DNA of 64,000 nucleotides from Kondoa subrosea (taxonomy: Eukaryota). The notes below the pieces were generated by a model. That model saw nothing but the letters and a program-made list of their open reading frames with translations. It searched no databases and was not told where the DNA came from. The translations under genes were made by a program, and so were the position numbers. Positions within the stretch are counted from its first letter, which is position 1. Every line of letters begins with the position of its first letter. Of this stretch, positions 56,147 to 64,000 are shown piece after piece. The DNA is taken from NCBI GenBank assembly GCA_039545335.1, contig BCIN01000010.1, forward strand, positions 124,001-188,000, in the 5' to 3' direction.

Positions 56147-57203
56147 CTTGAAGGAACCGAGTGCTAGCAAGCTGTCATGGCTGTTGCAAGTCACTCAAGT
56201 CCATGTGAGGCGGCCCCAGTATTTGCCGGCAAAATACAAAGGCTTGCTTTGCAACAATGATCTCGTGCTGATCACATGCGGCTGTGACTTCATGAGGAGG
56301 GATTGCAGAACCAATTGCTATAGCTCACCAAGAATGCATTGCGACTGCCGGAACTATATTGGATGAAGGACCCGAGGTGTACTAGTTGTACACAAGTGCC
56401 AGGCTTTCACGGCTATACAACATTACTTACGTCTATTCAGAGGACAGCATGTCTCTATGCAAGACAATTCTCTCAATCAAGCGCAGTGTAATGCCAATAA
56501 CAAGAGTCAAAGCGCTTATATAAGCACTCTCTCGAATGGTTCTTTCGTGTGATTCTTAGTCTGTAACACATTTCGGCATCAAGTCTTGTTGTATCTACTT
56601 CATCGCATGGACAGATTCTGCTCAATGAATCTGATTCATTCTGTGCGCGTACTTGTATTTGGATGGCTCTGAGTCGCGCTCTGTCTACGATCAATTTTTC
56701 CTTGTGCATCAAAAGTACAGCTGCTTTATACACCTTATCCGTCGTAAATAAACACTTTATCGATGCTGAACCATTTCTTTCTCCCTTTTACCAGCATCTC
56801 CACACGACGTGAATTCTCATTCTTATTGCTCGGTAATATGCAGGCTATCCGAGGATGTAAATTCGCAGCAAAAGAAGGAAAACTATATCACTAAGTTCAA
56901 CAATTGTCTCGAAATGCCTGTTGCTCATTTCCCGTTCTGAACACTCTTGTTCTGTCTTTCTCGATGACATCATGGACATCCCATGACGGATGTACTTTGA
57001 TTAAATAATGGCTATAGGTTCGTCAATGTATTCTGATGTTTTTGGGTTGCTTGCTAACATCTTTTGAAGTATTTCCAGAGCATCGTCTGGAGCCATCGTA
57101 ACAGTATGTGATAACTTCAGCTCCTGGACGAGTGTCTCTTACCATTACACTCCTTTGCTGTGATCCTATGCGTATACGGATTTTCGAAAGGAAGTCAAGC
57201 AGA

Positions 57204-57230
57204 ACGCGAACGGAACGTGATTTCGCGCGT
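57204..57230. promoter_or_regulatory. MCB/SCB-like CGCG elements upstream of RAD52
   Basis: ACGCGAA (57204) and TTTCGCGCGT (57221). Confidence 0.45.
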
Positions 57231-57398
57231 CGTTGCATAGCAATACACAAATCATAATGCTGTCGAGATGTGCCTTTCGCTTGTTGCCTTTGACACTATC
57301 TTGTTCCCTTAAAAAATGTCATTGTTTACTTTGTTTCGCTGCGGCGATTCTTGCCCAAGTCAAGGCCCTTGTCTTGGATACCACGACTCACAGACAGC

Positions 57399-59502
57399 AT
57401 GGACGAGTCTTATGTCGGCAAGTCAATGGTTGACATGTATGGCGAATCGTCAATGGCTTCAACTAGCGCTGCAACTTCATTCTCGATGGATGCATCCTCT
57501 CGAAGCTTTGGAACACCTATGCTTCGACCTGAGATCTCTCAAGGTATGTCTGCAGCTATATTGTACTGTCTCAAAGCAAAGCTGATGCTCGACAAACAAA
57601 TAGATACAGCGGACAAGATTGAGAGAATGAGAACATTGCGTAAGATGTTCCTAAACCCATGCTACACATCTCTAAGGGATTTGGTCAACAGTCAATATGA
57701 AACTTGGACCGGAACATCTAGCACAACGACAAGGAGCAGGCGGAGGTGAGCTCAAACATTACTCATGTCATAAGCATATCTTGCCTGATTATGTTGGTCT
57801 AGGCAAGCTCACCTACATCGAAGGTTGGAGAGTCATCAATCTAGCTAACGAAGTCTTTGGCTTTGATGGTTGGTCAACCGAGATCAAACAGCTCGAAGTC
57901 GATTTCGTAAGCTGTTATCCAATCTTTTCGCTGCTTCTGCTCAAGCTTTGGCAGATTGATGCTGATCAAGAAACTGGCAAATGGAGCATGGGTGTCACAG
58001 CTTTAGTCCGAGTGTCTCTGAAAGATGGATGCAGTAGAGAAGACATTGGCTATGGCAAAGCTGAGAATGTCAAAAGCAAAGGAGATTCACTTGACAAAGT
58101 GAGTCACTATTTATATGCCCGTATGCTCATGCTCAGACAGCATCAGTGCAAGAAAGAAGCTGTCACCGATGCGACCAAACGGGCTCTGCGGACCTTTGGC
58201 AATTTGCTAGGGAATTGTTTGTATGACAAGACTTATCTCGCGGATGTAAGCAAGATGAAAGCCAACAAGGTCAGTCAGGGTCAAGCGCACTTACTATGCG
58301 CTTATTATTGTCCGCAGCCCAAATTCGATTGCAATGACCTACATCGCGCTACGCCTATGTATACTTCTTCTTCGCGCTCCGTCGCTTCTACTCCATCTAC
58401 TTCCATCTTACCTGCGCCAGACGACTCTTTCGTTGTACCGAAAGCGCCAAACACTTCAACACCAGCTTCCAAACCACCTCAAAATCGACTTATCCCTCCT
58501 CCCGCTGTATCGAATGCTTCTACGTCAAAGCCTGTTCCCGCTCAACAGTCTGTCAATCACAATCAAAATCAGAATCAAAACCAAAACCAGAATCAACAAC
58601 GCAGACCAGCTAATCCGCCATCAGCTATTCCAGCTCGATTACAAGGTCAAGGTCAAGCGAATGTACCAGCGCGGAACAACGCACCAGCGCCTCAAGTCCG
58701 ACCTGAAACCGCTCAATCTGCAGGTTACTTTAGCGAGATGGACGAGTCTTTTCTTGATGGGATAGAATTGGATGCGGATCAGTATGGAAGTGAACCAGTA
58801 ACTGTGGAAGCACAACCGCAAGCATCTAAGCCAGTGTATGTTCAGTCTTAATATTTTTGAAGCATTCATTGAATTTCTCCTAGTCCACCTCAAGCGAATG
58901 TCAGACCACCACAACAACCACAAAATCCTGCTCGTCCGCCTATTCAGCAAGCACAACAAAGACCCCCGGCTGTCAACAATTCTCAACCGAACGTACCTCC
59001 AGCTCAAAACAGACCAGGTCAAGTGCCACCTGCACGACCTCAACAACAACAGCAACAACACAGACCAAATCAAGTCCAACGACCTTCCTTTACTATCGAT
59101 CAAAGTAGAAGCGCACCAGTGACTAACGCTCAAGCAAGACAACGACAAGTTGTTCCAGGTGGTGCTTTACCGGTAGTAAATGTAGCTGCTTCGAATAATG
59201 GAGGAGGAGGAAGAGGTTCTTCTACTCCTCCTAATATTGAAGCTTTGGCTGCGATTGGTGCTAAAGCTGCTCCTGAACTTGGTGGCTTTGCCGGAGGAGG
59301 ATTTGGATCTGCTCGAGCTGTGAAAAGGAACTTTAACGAAACGTTAGTGGCATGCTTTCTATGGTCAATAATGATATCTGATGCGTCTTATGAAAGTGAG
59401 GAAGTGAACGAGAACCAAGGCATGGATGGACAGATTTTGAGTCCTGCTAGAAAAGGCAATGTGGTGGAAGATAGCTTCAAGAGACCTCGAATGTCTGGTT
59501 AA
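57399..59502 (+). CDS. RAD52: DNA repair and recombination protein Rad52/Rad22
   Basis: KLGPEHLAQRQGAGG, LTYIEGWRVINLANEVFGFDGWS, REDIGYG, KKEAVTDATKRALRTFGNLLGNCLYDK; Q/N/P-rich tail. Confidence 0.96.
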
Positions 59503-59587
59503 AGTCGAAAGGCTTTGGGGTTATCTCTATGCTTTGTATTAATTTCACATGTATATATCTCGTACAAGGTCATCATCTATGCATTAT

Positions 59588-60717
59588 CTAAACATCTCCA
59601 ACTGCTTCTCGAAGGGCTATAATTCAAATCAGATCGTTCTCGAAGCAGGAAGCAGGAGTCTCACACTCTACTATGTTGAGGTATGCAGCTGTTGCTGGTG
59701 ATTCGGGGTATTGATCCATATAACTTGTACCCGTATCGCAGCTCTTGCCTATTCTTGGGTCTAGCGGGATCTTGCCTAATAACCTCAAGCCTTCCTCTTT
59801 GCACATCTGATCCGCTCCTCCCGTACTCGGTATGAAGATATCACTTTCTCCATGACATCTTGGACACACAAAACCACTCATGTTCTCCACCACTCCAAGA
59901 ATCGGTATGCCAACTTTCCGACAGAAGTTGATTTCTTTCCTCACATCTTGCAGTGCAACTTCTTGCGGTGTGGTAATGATGACTGCACCATCTATACCTG
60001 ATTCTTTGAGGTATTGGACTATACTAAGATGTTCGTCTGATGTACCAGGAGGTGTATCGACCAACAGGTAATCGAGATCGCCCCAATCTACATCTTTAAG
60101 GAATTGTTTGATGAGACCATTCTTCTTTGGACCTCTCCATATTACTGCGTCGGACGTAGAAGGTAGCATGAAACCGATTGACATGACTGCTAGGTTGTCC
60201 ATTACGTATAAAGGCGACCACCCAGCAGAAGTAGAGTGAAGTCTTTCATTTTGCAGACCGAGCATAAGAGGTAGCGAGGGACCACAAATGTCTACATCCA
60301 TTACGCCGACCTGTTTCGCAATCAGTGATGATTACTAATCCGTGGATTTCTTTGGACCCACTTGACAATCTTCATCACTCGCCAAAGCCCAACCTAAAGC
60401 AGTAGTGAACGTAGATTTTCCTACACCGCCTTTCCCACTTAAGACCAAGATCTTTTTCTTTACAGAATCCATTCGAGATTTCACAGCAGGTAAATCTGGA
60501 TCAGGTCCTTTAGGTGCTGTTGCGCAGATGTTTTGATTGGGACAGCCTTCGCATGCTGAGGATTTGCCAGCATCTAGAGATTCAGTGCCCTGTTGGAAAA
60601 TCAGTCAGCGATGCTATTGCGTCAAATTCCGGCCCAACGGACTGGGCAGTTGTCTGGCGCATTTTCGGGCTGGTCAGTGGGTAATAGAGCGCTGCTGGGT
60701 ATATCGAGGGCCACCAT
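59588..60717 (-). CDS. NBP35: Cytosolic Fe-S cluster assembly factor Nbp35
   Basis: N-terminal [61 protein letters not shown]. Confidence 0.96.
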
Positions 60718-60896
60718 AACTTTCGTAGTTTAGGTCAAGGTGGATCATTGAATCTTGTGCAAAATAATCTTGATCGCATGCAACGACAGATGTCCGTGTT
60801 TTCGGTTTAGCATTCTATTAATGCAACGAGCTATACATTTCTGCGATGCGTAGTCCTCATTGCATTTGCGATATCCTTCATTCGCTTTCGAATCCA

Positions 60897-62712
60897 TCAC
60901 TTGTCTTCAGTTCCAAACATCTTCTTGCCTACACTAGCTTCGTCGATCTTCCCATACTTCTCGCTCAGACCAATTTGAACAGCGGCTGTCACAGCGACGA
61001 TCGGGATCAATCATCTTTTTCAAGGCTTCATAGGAATAGCTTACGTCTAGCTTTGATCCGTTCGATCCATTTGTTGACATGGACGAGCTCGTCCAACTCA
61101 GATCGTTTGATACCGCTGTATTCTGCTAAGATGGCCCAAGGGAACTGGTACCGCAATCTCAGTTTCACACCCAAAAGAGAGTGGCGGAAGATGAAAGCTT
61201 ACAGCTGCCATGTCGGCCCAAGAACTGTCTTATCGTGAGCTCAGATTTAGTCAGGAGAAGAGGGGACAGACTATTTGCCTCGTCCATCTGATATTTTGAT
61301 CAATCATTTTCTCATAGTCACGACAGAGGAAAGCGTACTGCCCGCTAAGTAGTCTTTCTCTCGACCAGTAAAGCGACCAGAAAGCTGAGCTTCCATTACA
61401 TCCACTGTATAACGATATGAGCACTAAGAAACGGTGGTGCTAGCGAGCACAAACTAAGTCGAAGAGTCTCGTCATGGTATCTCTCTAACAGTCCAGTCAG
61501 TAAGGATCTGGGTGAAAGCTGCTCTTTTGGACGCACTGATCGCATAAGGAACTGCGTAGATTGATCAAGCTTGACCTTGTACTGATATTAGGGCAAGCCG
61601 CTCACTTTTCTCTTTAGCATAAACCTGCAATGGAGAATGTGAGCACGCATTGCCTCGCTTATTGCAATTCAACGCACATGGAAGTGATTCGCTTGACCCT
61701 GCATAGGACCTGAGGCCTGTATCAGATCGATCCCGTCAAAGCGATCGATGATTGACCTTGACCTCCCATCTATCGCAAGGCGATCAGAGAGAAACAACAC
61801 GCTGGAGATAGAGCACTCACCTGAAACATCAGCCATTGGATGCATTCCGATCTTTCTAAGTCGTCCTTGAACCCAAAAGCATCCTGAAACAAGTTCATCA
61901 GAAAAGTGCTAAACCAGCTCGGGAGGAGCATACGTTCTTGTCCACCTTCTTCGCGAGATACAATAAGCAAGCGCCGCTGAACAAATTGCTCAAAACACCA
62001 CAATGAACTCCAATGGATGTCTTGCTTACCTTTCCATGATGCTGAATGGCTCGGAAGAGCCAGTATCTACTTTGTTATCGATCAGGACCGGAATCTTGTT
62101 GGCAGACTTAGTACACTTTAGATATAGATGTAAAGGACGCATGACTGACTCTTCCATTTGGGTTCAACTGATTACAATTATCAAGATCATCTGAGTCGAA
62201 CATCCTTCAGCTTACTTTGAGAAACCAATCTTCCTACACAACACGATCAGCACGATTCGAGCAACTAGATGGCAACCTACTTTCTGAACATTGGTAGTAA
62301 TATCGATCACCTAAGCAACACATAATCAGCCTTTGGCGATAGTCTGACAGTCGGAATAGCTCACTTCGAATGAGAAGTCAGTTCCATACATCTCCTTCAT
62401 CTCTGTTGCTAGTCAGCAGGCAATAATCACGTTTGTGAGAAGCTTGCCTTCGAGCGCGATTTGAAGTTCTGGTTTTCGACGCATTAGCTATACTCGAAGG
62501 TGTTGTGACAGCAAAGACTGACTCTTTCCATTCGGGGTAGATTGAGTGATCTAGTCAGCGTTCAGCGTCAGCTTTGACAGAGTCCTTGAATTGATTAGCT
62601 AACCATATGTAGATTCTTCTGCTCGGAACGAGGGACTTTCTGCTGTAGATCGCTACGATAGAGGTGTAAGATACGGCCAAATGAGTGTATATCAGCGGAC
62701 TCACGATGCCAT
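60897..62712 (-). CDS. Glutathione S-transferase (Ure2/GstA-like), paralog 2
   Basis: Spliced ITQSTPNGKKLQIALEE, QKEDWFLKLNPNGRIPVLID, DAFGFKDDLERSECIQW, WIERIKARPAVQ; close paralog of 43110-44842. Confidence 0.88.
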
Positions 62713-62887
62713 GTTCGACGTGAGGAGCAACAATAGTGACGTGAAATCTGGGGAAAATTGCATGCGAAGCGAAGGAGTTAAGTATCGATGGGAAGGAGGG
62801 GACGCAGCACGAAAACAGCTGCCATAGAAGGATGATGCATTGCAACTGAAATATAACCCAACAATCCTATCTTTTGCTGAAAGTGCT

Positions 62888-63951
62888 CTACTCGGCTGGA
62901 ACTTCAAGTTCGCCAGCGTTGCTGCGAAGACAATAAGCTCAACACAGTGTACTGAATCAAGTGAATCGCAACTCACATAGCCTCGATGATATCGTGCTAG
63001 CAGAAACCTGTAAGCGAAGAGTAACGAACGAAATGCGAAAATCTCACAGGAGGCTTTCCGTCAACCTGGCATCCAACAGATTGGCATGTACCCAAGATTC
63101 TATTACCAGTAAGAGGAGATCACATCAGCAAGTTAGATAGCATACTCTTTTACGGTTCCAGATAATTCTGCAGAGACCAAACATATTAGTAAGCAATTCT
63201 TAGGAATAGAGATACTTTGAGACCAACCTTTCGCCATCGACTTGAATCTCATTTTTCTGCTTATTTCTATGATCTGATCAAAGGGGATAGAGCCAGAGTG
63301 TTCTAGAGCGCGAAATGAGCTCAAAGAGGCATTTCGAGACAAAATCCAAACTTACTGATGTTCTTTTCCTTCTTTCGCTGTAAATTCACATCCAACTATC
63401 AGCATACATATCAAGCAGCAGTAGGCATGAGAACTCACGTCACGAGGAGGTTCTGTCCAAAGGGAAAAAGAAATGGTACAGCATCAACAAAGTGAATACC
63501 GACAACCAAATCACATGTATAAAGCACCTTTGAGAGCCTTGATGACTAATGAAGAAGCTGAAGGAACGACGGAAACTGCTGCTTGACGGTTCTGGATGGT
63601 GAGTTGAACAGTGACACGAAGACCTTTCCAGTCGCCGGTGGCTTTTGCGATATCTTCACCGACTTTCTTAGGGGCCTGTTACGTCCAAGGTAAGAATTAG
63701 TCAATGTTTGAGACTGATGACTTCGCGCTGAGACTGACAAGACCGAGAGGACCAATTTTACTAGACAGCCGAGCGTTATATCAGATACTGCATACACCTT
63801 GCTGCTACTGGACTCACGGAGCTAGAGCAGAGGAAGCTCCGACTTCACCACCTCTGATTAGCGAAATTCCATAAAATTAGCTATCCATTCAATACTTTCG
63901 AGCCCGGTGAACGAACGTAGCTCTCAGGTAGATGATTTTGATCTCATTGGG
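62888..63951 (-). CDS. RPL12: 60S ribosomal protein L12 (uL11); first exon(s) lie beyond the window end
   Basis: [66 protein letters not shown]. Confidence 0.96.
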
Positions 63952-64000
63952 CTGTTCAAATAGAAGGAAAGAGCTCTGAGACTAATTTTTTGCAAGGGAC

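Noticed and set aside
56150..57200. 1 kb gap with short ORFs and a small hairpin (gtgtac-tagtt-gtacac)
   Set aside because: Could not join exons into a credible protein; the hairpin is short enough to be chance.
58555..58600. AATCAA/AACCAA short tandem repeat
   Set aside because: It encodes the NQNQNQ low-complexity tract of Rad52 and is not an independent repeat element.

Overview
Gene-dense eukaryotic DNA from a basidiomycete fungus (inference: yeast-like or Pucciniomycotina-type, from ~45-60 nt GT-AG introns, many microexons and ~32 genes in 64 kb). It holds housekeeping genes (RPN7, SDH4, MCM5, RAD52, NBP35, RPL12, PRMT3, PDE, allantoinase, Ctr, Ste6-like ABC exporter, Sel1/Chs4-type regulator). 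It also holds two small aromatic-catabolism groups: maleylacetate reductase with a Pep2/SnoaL-like gene at 0.5-3 kb, and LigB/DODA dioxygenase, an in-frame AhpD/CMD + enol-lactonase fusion and a beta-propeller muconate cycloisomerase at 25.8-30.8 kb. Other notable features are a diverged ~0.3 kb direct repeat bracketing an orphan ORF next to an orphan 7TM gene, and two microexon-rich GST paralogs with several introns at shifted positions. Exon structures were assembled by eye and family calls come from motif recognition, not database searches. No RNA genes, CRISPR arrays or intact transposons were recognised.
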